Assembly: GCA_024679065.1 (NCBI GenBank) | Contig: JAGIQG010000013.1 | Coordinates: 48,298,001 to 48,362,000, forward strand | Source of the DNA: Sphyrna mokarran | Lineage: Eukaryota | Reading direction: 5' to 3' | Length of the DNA stretch: 64,000 nucleotides | Part shown: in pieces, positions 28,201 to 40,254 of the stretch | How the letters are laid out: every line of letters starts with the position of its first letter | How positions within the stretch are numbered: the stretch's first letter is position 1 | Notes under the pieces: model-generated | The model's input: the letters and a program-made list of their open reading frames with translations, nothing else | Told to the model about the DNA's origin: nothing | The model's database searches: none | Made by a program: the position numbers and the translations under genes

Positions 28201-28522
28201 GGCAACACAATGACATAGTGAGTAGCACTGATGCCACACTATGCCAGGGACGCTGGTTCAATTCTGACATCAGGGACTGTGTGGAATTTGCACATTCTCC
28301 CCATGTCTGCATGGGCTTCCTCCAGATGCTCCAGTTACCTTCCACAATCCAAAGATGTATGGGTTAGGTTGATTGGAAAATGGAAATGTTAAATTACCCC
28401 TTAATGTCAGGATTATCAGGGAAATACTTGGGAGTTACAGGGATAGGGCCTGGGTGTGATTGTTGTCAGTGCAGGCTTGATGGGCTGAATGGCTTCCTTC
28501 TGCATTACAGGGATTCTATGGC
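28200..28522 (+). mobile_element. HE1-like V-SINE (tail type A, CR1-like)
   Basis: Head GGTTCAATTC, V-core, tail GGGCTGAATGGCTTCCTTCTGCATTACAGGGATTCTATG. Confidence 0.85.
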
Positions 28523-28759
28523 AGTAAAGCATTTGATTGTATATGGAATCATAGCAAGAAAACATGCTGGCAAAGAGTACTCAAAATATGCTAAGCGGTG
28601 AGCATCCATAGCATTGGGAACACCCACATAATGCACAAAATGGATTTTCAATTTGCCTTCAGGTTAAAGATGTCCTGAACACGTACATATAGATTTGCCC
28701 TGTGATTTCTTAAGCATAAACAAAAGCGACTTTCATGACTGGAATTTTATATAATTAAG

Positions 28760-29085
28760 TAGTGGCAGAGTGAGCAACACTGCTGCCTCAGCGCCAGGGA
28801 CTCAAGTTCAATTCTTGGGTGCCTATCTGTCTGGAGTGTATCAGTTCACCCAGTCTCTGTGTGGGTTTCCTCTGGATGTTCTGGTTTCCTCCCACAGTTC
28901 AAAAATATGCGGGTTAGGTGGAGTGGCTATGCTAAATTGCCCCAAGATGTGCCGGTTAGGGGGATTATCGGATTAAATACATGGGGCTATGGGAAAAGGT
29001 TTAGGCTGGATCCTCTAATCAGAGAGTCAGCATAGACTCAATGGACCAAATGGCCTTCTTCCGCACTGAAGGGATTCTATGATTC
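28760..29085 (+). mobile_element. HE1-like V-SINE (tail type A, CR1-like)
   Basis: V-core GTGGGTTTCCTCTGGATGTTCTGGTTTCCTCCCACAG; tail GGACCAAATGGCCTTCTTCCGCACTGAAGGGATTCTATGATTC. Confidence 0.85.
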
Positions 29086-29235
29086 CTTATCTGTAACACA
29101 GTAATATCATCGTAACAGTATGCATTGAAAAGGACTCTCCATTTACTAATCAACTCAACAGGTTCTCTCTCTGAATGTTAAGTAATTTTAGCTCTCAACA
29201 CAGCTATCTCTAGAGGCATGCTCCAAGAATTTCCT

Positions 29236-29309
29236 CAGCTAGTACAGAGATTGCTCCTGCATCATGAATACCATTAAGACCATACTCTAACCATATGAGC
29301 TAACTGGTC
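29236..29309 (-). pseudogene. Degenerate tRNA-Ile(AAT)-derived sequence (pseudogene or SINE head)
   Basis: Reverse complement GACCAGTTAGCTCATATGGTTAGAGTATGGTCTTAATGG...GCAATCTCTGTACTAGCTG aligns without gaps over 74 nt to vertebrate tRNA-Ile(AAT) as recalled (about 46/74); A-box and AAT retained, B-box and stems broken. Confidence 0.6.
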
Positions 29310-31054
29310 TTTCAACACGCTCTAAAGAGCAAAAGCAGAAGATTGCAATACATGCAAGTGCAGCTCACAAAAGTCACAGGTTTCAATTTGAATTTTGCTC
29401 TGCCAAGGCTGATCCATCAGGCAAAAAATTGTGCCTCTCTGAATTGACTTTCATGTAAAACTGCATCAAGTTGAAGAATGTACCCAAGCGTGGAACTGAA
29501 TACAAAGCATTGCTGGTAGCTCAAAAACAAATGTGCCTGGACTTGCAGATTACTTAAAAATGCAATCACAACTTCCATTTGCTGACTACTGCTCCTTAAA
29601 GTTTATTTATTAATTGTCACAAGTCAGCTTATTCCTCAGTGACTAAAAAGTCTGCCAAGGTCTTCAATGTCAAAGCTATCACTGTGGTACCTAAAAACAG
29701 AGCAAGTGTTCAGCCCAGCTGGAGCCAGAAGAAATGGTAGACATTTGCTATCAGCCTCACTGATATCAGGATTTTACACTATCTGCTGGCAGGTCCACGG
29801 GGAAAATTTGTGCCTGCAGTGGCTCCCCATGATGTTGGGAGCACTGGGTGGTCAACTCAATTAAATTGCAGTCCTATTTCTTAGACTGGAGTTGCTATAA
29901 ACAATGACATGGTAGTACAAATGCAGAATTATCTACATCTAAACCCCCTATCCCGTAAGTAAATAATGACCACGCTTCGTGCTTGAGAAATTAATTTGAA
30001 TGTCATTAGCCTAATTAGAATTTCATTAATTGAAATTTAATATGTGTTGTGCAAATAGACTGAAGTAGGTTCATTTAGATTTCGGATTAATTTAGATTTT
30101 GCTTAATTAAAACCTTCATTAAGACACCCAGAAATGCAAACACTTAACCTCTGCTAATTTAATATTCTATTACCTGTAAACAAAATTCGTCATGAATTTT
30201 GAAAGGAAATTTTTGGGGAAAGGTGGGTAGGAAGAAAATATTTCTGTACATATTTAAGTACAGAATTAATTATGCAAAGCACAACTTGCCAGGCTCTATA
30301 TTGTGAACTTGATTGTACAATTTGTTTGTTCTCAAAAGCATGCATTTGTAACTGCACTGGTTTAATTCACTACTTTTTGCATATATTACCATTTTACAAA
30401 ACTTAATATTTGATACTTAGATTCTCCCACCCTAAGCAGTTCATTATTTTTTGCACTACAGTAGTTTTTTAAAATTCATTCACCCAAAAATGCTCAAGTA
30501 ATACTTTTCTGGAGAGTTTGAGAAGTGGAGAAAAGATCTCATTAGCTGCCTTTTCTTCTCCAAAGAAAATGAGGTCTGAGTTTTGCACCTCTGCAGGAAT
30601 CTAAAGAGAGGAACACTCTGGTTGTCCTGTGCACCTCTGGTGTCAGGGCACAGAGCAAATATCCCCAGAGTTGCCAAATATCCCACAATGAACTGCAATG
30701 TTGCAAATTTACCTGTATTTGTTCTAAACTGCACTATCTTTCAGAGTGCACAGCAAGACTCAGTCACTCATTAATAGTGGGATGCTTCCCATGCAGTAAT
30801 GGCTGGTTCCAAAAAAAGAAAGCCATGAAAGCTTGGAGGCCTAGACAACACATGCAACCCCAACCCCTGTTGCCATTGTATGTCCCTTTTCATTTATGCT
30901 TGTGTTTAATTGGAACACTAGCTACACCTCTCTGTCTATACTCCCTAATCTGTCTGACCCTGACCTGGTGCAGAGAAAGTGAGTGACATTTTGTATTGTG
31001 AAATATGGTCTCTTTTTGAGTAACCTTTAGATTATAATAGCTCTCAAAAGAAAT

Positions 31055-31140
31055 GATGTTCTGAATAAGGGTCATTGACCTGAAACACTGAACACTGTTA
31101 CTGGTGTTGAGTAATCCTATCATTTGCAGTTTTTATTGCA
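31055..31140 (+). mobile_element. Penelope-like terminal fragment with hammerhead-like core
   Basis: CTGAATA-AG-GGTC-ATT-GACC-T-GAAAC at 31061-31086. Confidence 0.55.
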
Positions 31141-32559
31141 GTAATCTAAACAGGTTACAACACACCTTTCATTGACTGTAAAGTACTGCAGGGCATAAAG
31201 ATTCTCGAAGAGTGCAATATGAACAAATAGTCGTGTTCTTGGAAGAACATACCAAAATTGCACATGAAAACATTTATGCAGTTTGAGAGCAAAGACTAGT
31301 CGACTAACAAGAGAATTACAATGTCCAATTTCAATTTAATGAAGACATGCGATGCTGGTGGATAGTGGCAGGTAATACTTTGTGGGTAAAAGATTGGTTC
31401 TGATGTTGGATTGGACATAGATGTAGGAGGAGACATTACATGTCTTCTATCAGCCACATCCCGGACAGCTGCAACTCCAGAAGATCTTACTACAGATCTT
31501 CTGGATAAATTTAGGATGGAACATCAATTGGCATATAGAAGTGAGAGATCTGCTCTCAACCCCAATCTCAAACTCTTCCTCAGTTGCATGCATCAAATTT
31601 ACATTCTAATGATATCAGGCCAGTATGTTTGAAGATATTTATTTAAACTAAACACATAATTGAGCCTCCTAAATGCTGAAGGATGTTGCACATGATCCCC
31701 AAAATGTTATTGCATGAAGTGCACACCATTACTGCTACTATTGGCATATTTCTGAAATTCCTCTCTCCACTATTGTACTGTCCATGTTAGTCCATTAAAA
31801 TAAATAGCTTGTCACCTCACCAAGTAATGAAACAAGTAATTTCACACAAAACGGCATTTAACAATAATTTTAATGTTGAAACAAGCTAAAACTGTTATTT
31901 CTAACACAAACATCTGTATCTCCAGCAACATGCTTGGCTACCACATGTCCTTTCCAATTTTCAATGAAGATATTCATTTTTTATTTAAAAATAGAACTTC
32001 AGTGCTTTGTATCCATGAATAGAAGAGGAGTCGGGTGCCAATACCTAGGGCAGTAGAGTGTCAAAACTGATTAGTTTACAAACGTTCAGGCTCTAATCCC
32101 AGTCTTGACAGAAACTTATATTGGATTTCTTGCATCAAACTGCATGGTATCTACTTTAGATACTGAAGCAGTATCCCTGATGCAGTGTATAATTCAATTT
32201 ATTTATTATTTTTTAAAGTAGCTTTACACGTTTAGGAAAATTTGCTGCAGCAATTTATTTTTCAAAGTTCATATCAATATTTCCTGCACAATTGGGAGTG
32301 ATGTAACAACCTCATTCTTGACTGTAAACATTGGGGTGAACTGCATGAAGACCCGAATATCTACATAATGACATGAATAACAAAAGGTCTAATCATAGCT
32401 CTCAACTATACGAAAGCACCTAAGGGCCACATACAGGACTCTTATAGCATGTGAATGTACATCAAAAAGCTCGCATGTAGTATTGTTTGCATTGATATAT
32501 TCAATAAAAATACTACCCAACTGCAGGAAAAACAATCGCATATGGGTCACTCTTACTGA

Positions 32560-32830
32560 AGTTTATTTATTACTGTCAAATGTTTACTTACATTAACACT
32601 GCAATAAATTACTATGAAAATCCCCTAGCTGCCACATCTGCTGGTACACTCAGAGAATTTAGTATGGCCAATATACCTAACTAGCACATCTTTTAGACTG
32701 TGGGAGGAAACCGGAGCTCCTGGAGAAACCTAAGCAGGCACAGCAGGAAGGTACAGGCTTCACACAGACAGTGACCCAAACTGGGAATTGAACCCAGATC
32801 CCTAGTGGGTAAAGCAGCACTTCCAACCAA
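32560..32830 (-). mobile_element. HE1-like V-SINE (tail type B, Rex1-like)
   Basis: Minus strand GGGTTCAATTCCCAG head, CCGGTTTCCTCCCACAGTC core, tail TTTATTGCAGTGTTAATGTAAGTAAACATTTGACAGTAATAAATAAAC. Confidence 0.85.
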
Positions 32831-33314
32831 TGTCTGGTTTTGAAAGCTCTGCAAATTTATTCGTTCTTAAAATTAATGCCACATTAATTTTATTAAATTC
32901 AAATCCTTACTTTTACCAGAAACTGCTACTGAGCGGGAATGAAACTCCTCTTGAGCAGCAGGGCAAAGCAAGCAGCAGTGTGCCAGCAGTCCATTTCCCA
33001 GGCAGTCCAACCAAGATGAAATGTTATTTCCTTATGTTTAACTTACTTGATCTAATTGAGGGTCTGGGGTCAAACTGGGTCCAACTCAGCTGAAGTGAAC
33101 CGAAGGCCAGAGTGAGATCAGTTTTGATTTATTCATGTCAATCCTTTGAATAAAGATGGGGTACAGTGCCCTATCAAAAATTTTTCAGTTAATTTTGGCA
33201 ATAAATACAAAAAAAATTACAAAACAATACGAAAGCATTCACAAATTCAACATCTGCAAAGAACTGTTTCCAAAATGATTCCCCACTTCAAAGATCCTTA
33301 GAGAGCGCCTTCCA

Positions 33315-33595
33315 AACACATGACCACTTCCATTTAGAAGGACAAGGGAAGCAGATACATGGGGACAATACCCTGCAAGCTCCCCTCCAAGCATTCACCT
33401 TCCCAACTTGAAAATATATCGCCAGGAAGGAATCCTGGAATTCCCTCCTGAAAGATATTATGGGTCAACCTACAACTCATAGATGCAGTGTTTCAAGAAG
33501 GTGGCTCACCACCACCTTCTCAAGGGCAATTATGGACGGGCAATAAATACTGGTCAGCCAGTGAAACTCACGCCCTATGAATTAATATTAAAAGA
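33315..33595 (+). mobile_element. 3' end of a CR1/L2-group LINE (distinct from the other CR1s here)
   Basis: ATCCTGGAATTCCCTCC (WNSL) ... TTCAAGAAGGTGGCTCACCACCACCTTCTCAAGGGCAATTATGGACGGGCAATAAATACTGGTCAGCCAGTG tail. Confidence 0.7.
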
Positions 33596-33994
33596 AAACA
33601 AACAGAAGCTACTGCAGTGCTGACATCTTGGCAGGGGAAACAATACACACTTTATTGTGCAGTAGTTTTGGTTCTTTTTAATGTTGAACCAAGGCTAGAG
33701 AAAAACCATCAGACAAAACCTACACAGGCCAGAAAAATCACTGAAACCTGTGATACTGAACCAGAGCTCTTAATCAGGAAAGCAGTACTGACCTGCAGAC
33801 TAGAGGAACTGAAAAGCTGACAAGATCAACCTAAAAACTTCAGTAATTAATTCCACAGCTGTTCACACAATTAGGAAAACTGAAAACAACATTCCACATC
33901 ACATGTTCTGAAACAAAGCCTATGTGATATTTCACCAAAAGAAAAGGAAACTGATTCCATATTTACACAAGAGTTTATTTTACCCGGGACAGAA

Positions 33995-34246
33995 CAACAA
34001 GCTGGTGCTCTGAGATGTTCTGCGTGCCAAAGACCAACAGATCTATCAGAATTTGCAAACATTCTACACAGCCGAACAAAGCTGTTGAGCACCAAGTTCA
34101 TCTTATGTTGTCTGTGGACCAGGGTCAGGCAACATTGATTGAAGCTAAGCTACTCACAACCTTCATTACACTGTTTGAAAGGTTTTCTCTCAACAGATTA
34201 CCTTTTGCCATCACGTCAGTGGCAAACATCTTCTAGAGGACGATGT
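33995..34246 (+). mobile_element. Gypsy LTR-retrotransposon RT relic, 5' part
   Basis: TSWCSEMFCVPKTNRSIRIC...NKAVEHQVH...LLTTFITLFERFSLNRLPFAITSVANIF*RTM matches the Gypsy RT blocks (VPK, IRIC, TTFITPFGR, RLPFGI.SAPEIFQRTM). Confidence 0.8.
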
Positions 34247-37200
34247 ATTTTTCTCTCCTGTATTTCTAAAAAGGGCAATTATGAGTGTGAGGCCAGTATG
34301 TTGTTCCCAGTGCAATATGTGGTAGGTCCTGGAGGCTCCTGGCCTCTCAGACATCCATATCTGTGCTGGGTTTGTGGAGCTGCAGTTCCTAAGGGACCAT
34401 GTTAAGGAACTGGAACTGCAGATCGAGGACCTCCATCTCATTAGAAAGAATGAGGTGGTGATTGACAGGAGCTACCAGCAGAGCGTCACACCAGGGCCAC
34501 AGGAGGAAGTGGGTAACTGTTAGGAAGAGGAAAGAGCTCACATGATGGAGAGCACCCCAGTGAATGCCCCGCTTCATAATGATTTCTCCTGCCTGAGTAC
34601 TGCTGGGAGGGACAGCTCACTTGGGAGAGGCAGCAGGGCCTGGGTCTCTGGAGCTGAGCCAGTAGTTTAAAGAAGTTAGGAAAAGAGGAGGAGGGTAGTG
34701 TTAAAAAGGGACTCCGTAGTGAGTGGGTCAGACAAGCGTTTTTGTGGACACAGACGGGAGTCGCGGAAGGTTGTTTGCCACCCTGGTGCTGGGATCCGGG
34801 ATGTCTCTGGACGTGTCACAGGCATTCTGAAAGGGAAGGGTGCGGAGCCAGAGGTCGTGGTACATATAGGTACCACTAACATAGGCAGGAGGGAAGGGGT
34901 CATGAAAAGGGATTGTAGGAAATTAGGTAGACAACTGAGAAAGAGGAACACAAAGGTAGTAATCTCAGGATTGCTGCCTGCGCTGCAGGAGAGTGAGAGC
35001 AGCAATAGAATGAGGTGGAGGATGAATGCGTAGCTGAGAGACTGGAACAGAGGGCAGGGATTCAGGTTCCTGGATCATTGGGATCTCTTTAGGGGCAGGT
35101 GTGACCTGTACAATAAAGACGGGTGGCACTTGAATCCTGGGGGACCAATATCTTGGCAGGAAGGTTGGCTAGAGCTATTGGGAGATTTTAAACTAGAGAA
35201 GTTGGGGGCAGGGAATCAAGATGAGGTGACAGAGTGAGGAGGTTCGTTCCCAAGCAGAGAGGACTGTAGATAGTTTGAGAGGGAGGTTAGATGGGTGATG
35301 GAAAAGGGAAGCACCCAGGCCGAGGCTCTGAGGTGTATCTATTTTAAAGCCAGGAGTGTAGTGAATAAAGTGGATAAGCTTAGGGTAAGTATTACTGCTT
35401 GGGAATATGATGTGGTGACCATTACAGAAACTTGGATGTCTCAGGGACAGGACTGGGTGCTTCAGGTGCTGGGATTCAGATGCTTCAGGAAGGACAGGGA
35501 GAGAGACAAAAGAGGTGGTGGAGTGGCACTGTTGATCAGGGACAGTGTCACCGCTGTATAGAAGGTGGATGCCGTGGAAGGACTGTCTGTGGAGATTACA
35601 TGGGTGGAAGTTATGGACAGCAAGGAGTCGACAACTTTGCTGGGTGTTCTCTAAAGGCCGCCCAATAATGACAGGGAAGTTGAGGTGCAGATAGGGAAAC
35701 AGATCCTGGAGAGATGTAGTAGTAATAGAGTTGTCATGATGGGAGACTTTAATTTCCCAAACATCAATTGGAATGTCCTTAGGGTAAGGGGTTTGGATGG
35801 TGAGAAGTTTGTTAGGTGTGTTCAGGAGGGTTTCCTGACACAGTACTTGGATAAGCCTACAAGAGGAGAGGCTGTACTTGTCCTGCTGCTGGCTAATGAA
35901 CCTGGACAAGTGTCGGATCTCTCGGTGGGAGAACGTCTCAGGGATAGTGATCATAATTCTATCTCCTTCACGACAGCATTGGAAAAAGAGATGGTATCAA
36001 ACAGGCTAGGAAGGTGTTTATCTGGAGTAAGGGGAAATATGAAGACATCAGGCAGAAAATTGGACAAGTAAACTGGAAGGAGGTGTTCTTGGGGAAAAGT
36101 ACTGAAGGAAGGTGGTGGATTTTCAAGGAACGTTTGTCTGAAGCTCTGCACAACAACGTTCCGATGAGACAAAGATTTTGGTAAGTCGCTGGAATCGTGG
36201 TTCACAAAGGTTGTGATGAACCTAGTTAGGAAGAAAAGAAAGGCAGACAAAAAGGTTCAGAGAGCTAGGAGATATTAAGGATCTAGAGGAGTATACAGTT
36301 TGTAGAAAGGAGCTTAAAAAGGAAATTTTAAGAAATGATCTGGATAAGGAAATGAGCGATGGGTTACTAAGTTTGCTGATGACATGAAGGTTGGTGGTGT
36401 TGTGGATAGTCTGGAGGAACGTCAGAAGTTGCAGCGAAACTTAGATAGGATGCAAGGCTGGGTAGAGAAGTGGCAGATGGACTTCAACGCGGATAAATCT
36501 GTAGTGGTCCATTTTGGCAGGACCAATGGGATGAAGGAGTACAATATCAAGAGTAGGACTCTTGGCAGTGTTAAGGAGCAGAAGGACCTTGGGGTCCGGG
36601 TCCATAGGATTCTTAAAATCAGCCTCAGAGGTGGAGGATGTGGTCAAGAAGGCGTATGATGTGCTAGCCTTCATTAATAGAGGGATTGAGTTTAGAAGTC
36701 GGGAGGTAATGCTGCAACTTTATAAGATCCTTGTCAGACCCCACTTGGAGTACTGTGTGCAGTTCTGGTCGCCTCACTACAAAAAGGATGTGGAAGCTAT
36801 TCAGAGTGTAGAGGAGATTTACAAGGACGTTGCCTGGATTGGGAGGGATGCCTTATGACGATGGATTGAGGGAGCTAGGTCTCTTCTCCCTGGAGAGATG
36901 AAGATTGAGAGGCAACCTGATAGAGGTTTATAAAATGTTGAGAGGTACAGATAGGTGGATTCTCAAAGGCTATTTCCCAGGGCTGAAATGGTCGCTACGA
37001 GAGGACACAGGTTTAAGGTGCTGGGGAGCAGGTACAAAGGAGATATCAGGGGTAAAGTTTTTCACTCAGAGGGTGGTGAGTGAGTGGAATTGGCTGCCAT
37101 CAGTGGTGGTAGAGGCGAGCTCACTGGGATCTTTTAAGAGACGTCTGGATGAGTACATGGGATTTAATGGGATTGAGAGTTCTAGATAGGTTTGGTAGGT

Positions 37201-37265
37201 ACAAATATGATCGGCACAACTTGTGGGCCGAAGGACCTGTTTGTGCTGTAGAGTTCTATGTTCTA
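34247..37265 (+). mobile_element. Near full-span CR1 LINE (ORF1 zf/lz + esterase, ORF2 EN + RT C-terminus + tail), inactivated, with internal deletion
   Basis: ORF1 from ATG 34281: CCSQCNMW...LRDHVKELELQIEDL, VVVHIGTTNIG, VVISGLLP. ORF2: RCIYFKARSVVNK, ITETW, RGGGVALLIR, MGDFNFP, SDHNSI, KFADD, LVRPHLEYCVQFWSP. Ends in TTCTATGTTCTA. Confidence 0.95.
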
Positions 37266-37412
37266 ACTGGATGGAGTCATAGGTCACACAATGATGACGT
37301 GATACAGCAAAGAGAGTGCAAGCTTTGTTGCAACAACTACAGGAAGCAAGACTTGCACTCAACAAGTGAGAATTCTCACAGTTGAATGTCAAGTTCCTTA
37401 GGCATCTGGTGT
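37266..37412 (+). mobile_element. Gypsy RT relic, 3' continuation
   Basis: LDGVIGH..DDVI (YxDD-type block, frameshifted) then QALLQQLQEARLALNK*EFSQLNVKFLRHLV. Confidence 0.75.
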
Positions 37413-38689
37413 CAAAGTTGATCCACTTGGCTTATATCTATTTCAAGAATGTAAAAGTTATATTGTGACTACTATGTACTTTTCTGTTAAGCAACTTATT
37501 TTAACACACTACCATATTTATGTTCAGATCAGGTTGCATTCTCAGCAGGCACAATCTTACCAGCTTGACTCACTGGTCAGTGTGGTGAGCCAAGAAGATA
37601 GTGTGTGAAGCTAATAATCTGATTTGAAGCAGGCGCAACTTGGATGGCCATCTTCCTGGCCCTGTTTTGACGATGAAAATGGCTTCATTCCCAAAAAAAG
37701 GCACAAAGTGCCTATTTACACGGAACTGACTACATTCAAATATAGTTACTACGTTTGACATGGCTACTTCTGACTTCCTGGATGAAAGTTTTCCTTTATC
37801 AGCAAGGCATCACACTATCAAGGATCACTACTGTTCTGCAATAGTGGTCAAGGTATGGCTGGCAGTGCTCACTTTACATCAAAAATGTGCTGGGGCAATA
37901 TCAAGGGGGTGAGGTTATGGCAGGGGTTGGTTGTGCAAAGTTTTGAGGGGGTGGGATGTCATAACATGACACAGGCATGTTGGGAGTCTACCAGGGGACT
38001 CATCAGAAGGGTCTTCATGCGTTGGTGTCAGGGAGAGTGGAAATGATGGCGACAATACCATCAATGGCCAATGATCAGCGGGAGAGGCGATGGGTGGAGT
38101 GCTGTGAGGAGGTCTGTTGGTTCTCTGCAATGGCGCCCCAGTGCTCTGAAGCGAGCGCCCCCAGTGTACTTAACATCGCATCCGAAAGATGGCATCTCCA
38201 ACAACTTATAGGCAAACAAACTAACTTGCCAGTAGTGTGGTACTTAATCTTTTGCCTTATGAAAGTGACAAGTTTATTCCCTGTCCCTCACTGCCTGGCA
38301 AATGCAAATGAATGCACTGAGTTATCAAGGAAATATTAGGAAGGATTAAAAAAAAGCTTAGCTTAACTCCTGTGTAACTATAGAACTGAATTGATTCAAT
38401 CAGCCACACAACCCCTGACTATCTCTGACACCCCCACTGTTAATAAAGCATACCATCAGGATCTCTGTGGGGTCCCAATGTACATCTTCGGTTAGATGTC
38501 CACTGTCCAATTATCCAAAGAGCAGAAGATCTGGGCCAACATTACAGCTAGGCAGTAGACATTAACGAATTAACAGTATAAACATGTCACCTCCATCGGG
38601 CAAAAGATTAAGCGCCACATTACTGGTAAGTTAGTTTGATTGCTTCTAAGCTGTGACTAAATTCATTACATTCTCCCCTCTAACTGCAC

Positions 38690-38910
38690 TCCAGGTCTTC
38701 AGCACCAAGGCAGACACTGCAATGCAATATTGAGAAAGAACTGCATTGTTGGAGATGTAATCTTTTCGGATCAGATGTTAAATAAAGCTCCCTGGGTAGA
38801 GGTAAAAGATCCCACGGTACCATTTCAAAGAACAGAGAAGTTATCCCTGATGATCTAGCTAATATTTATTCCCCCAAATCAACATCATAAAAATAGATCA
38901 TCTGTTTTCT
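38690..38910 (+). mobile_element. Deu-SINE (SacSINE1/AmnSINE1-like) remnant
   Basis: CTGCATTGTTGGAGATG...TTTCGGATCAGATGTTAAA...GTAAAAGATCCCACGGTACCATTTCAAAGAACAG...AATATTTATTCCCCCAAATCAACATCA matches the Deu-domain as I recall it. Confidence 0.7.
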
Positions 38911-39711
38911 AACAGGGGGATTGAAATTCAAGTAAAAAATTACATGGATTTACAAAATTCAGAATTGCATTACTTTGACTTAAACAGAGAAAGCTGAGGA
39001 TTAGACAAATAATTGAGGTAAAAGCGGGGAGCTGGAGAATTATTTAAGACCATGTAATAGCATGTACACTGCAACTTTCTGTACAATTGAATTATGCTTT
39101 CCTCTGTCACAACTGGATGTATGATTTGACCAAACATATATTTCAATTTTAACATTAATTGCCTGTAAATTTTACATTGTTTCTGGTTCTGTTTTGGACC
39201 AAGTTAATTGGTAAAATGCAAGTTAGTTCCAGAGTTGTCTGAACTCTGACCGTACTAATGTTTCTTAGTTTTGAGTTGATGAATCACAGCATGTTGATTC
39301 AAAGATAAAGGAAATGTGGAGGAGAAGGAAAAGAAAAGCTCTTATTTTCTGTGTGAACAAAATGAGCTGAGCAATGACAATCAGGCACCGGAGATAAGGG
39401 AGTAGTTGCTAAGACAACATGTACGAGGCTAAAAGATAGCAGTTCAGCTGCAGCAGTCAGAATTACAGAAGTTTACAAGGCCACTTGGATAACAATTAAA
39501 ATAGCATTTTAAAAACTGCTCGTAAGAACAGATGCAAAGGCCAGAAGAGTAGATGAAACAAGGTAAACAATTAAAATGCGTCCTCAAAAAAAAAAAGTGG
39601 ACGAACACACATTGTTGTGCCCAGATGCAACGAGTACACGAATGGGTTATTTCCCCTGCCCCAAATATCAGAGCATTGCCAGGATAGTCTGCAGCTAAAA
39701 GTTAATTGATT

Positions 39712-40035
39712 TAGGAATACAAAGAACAAAACAGCACGGGAAACAGGCCCTTCGGCCCAACAAGCCCGCGCTGCCACCCCAATGTTCCCACCTCTACCCA
39801 CGATCCCTGTCCATGTTTATAGATCTATGAATTGAAACCAAATTTGAGACAATTTAGGGAGAATTTATTTTGCCAGTTAGCCTAAGAGCACATCTTTGGG
39901 ATGAGAGAGGAAACCGGAACACCGGTAGAAAACACAAGCAAGCATGGGGAGAATGCGCAAACTCCCACAGACACAGGCCCAAATCCATGTATCTGCACAG
40001 CACAGCGATAGTCACTGAGCTGTTGTGTTGCCCAT
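39712..40035 (-). mobile_element. V-SINE-like segment ending in a CR1 tail
   Basis: Minus strand GTGGGAGTTTGCGCATTCTCCCCATGCTT...CCGGTTTCCTCTC...CCAAAGATGTGC core; tail GGGCCGAAGGGCCTGTTTCCCGTGCTG...TTCTTTGTATTCCT. Confidence 0.75.
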
Positions 40036-40254
40036 AATATGGTGGGGGTCAAGCGTACACTAACGACGTGAAGCACTAGGATACTCTCAAAAAAATCCAA
40101 GAGCAGCCCTCTCACGACCCATCGCGTATATGCCCCTTGTTAGGCAACAAAGTGGACCAAAGCACCTACAGGATAAAAACAAGTACATCAATATCATCAT
40201 CTACTCACACACTTCCCAGGGACTCCTGAGGCTCATGATCCCTATTTTAAATCA

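Noticed and set aside
34281-35195. Esterase-like ORF as a host or domesticated gene
   Set aside because: It is CR1 ORF1 within a LINE and is disrupted by stops and frameshifts.
35193-35954. Longest ORF in the track (253 aa, minus strand)
   Set aside because: It is the antisense shadow of the plus-strand CR1 endonuclease region, with no independent protein features.
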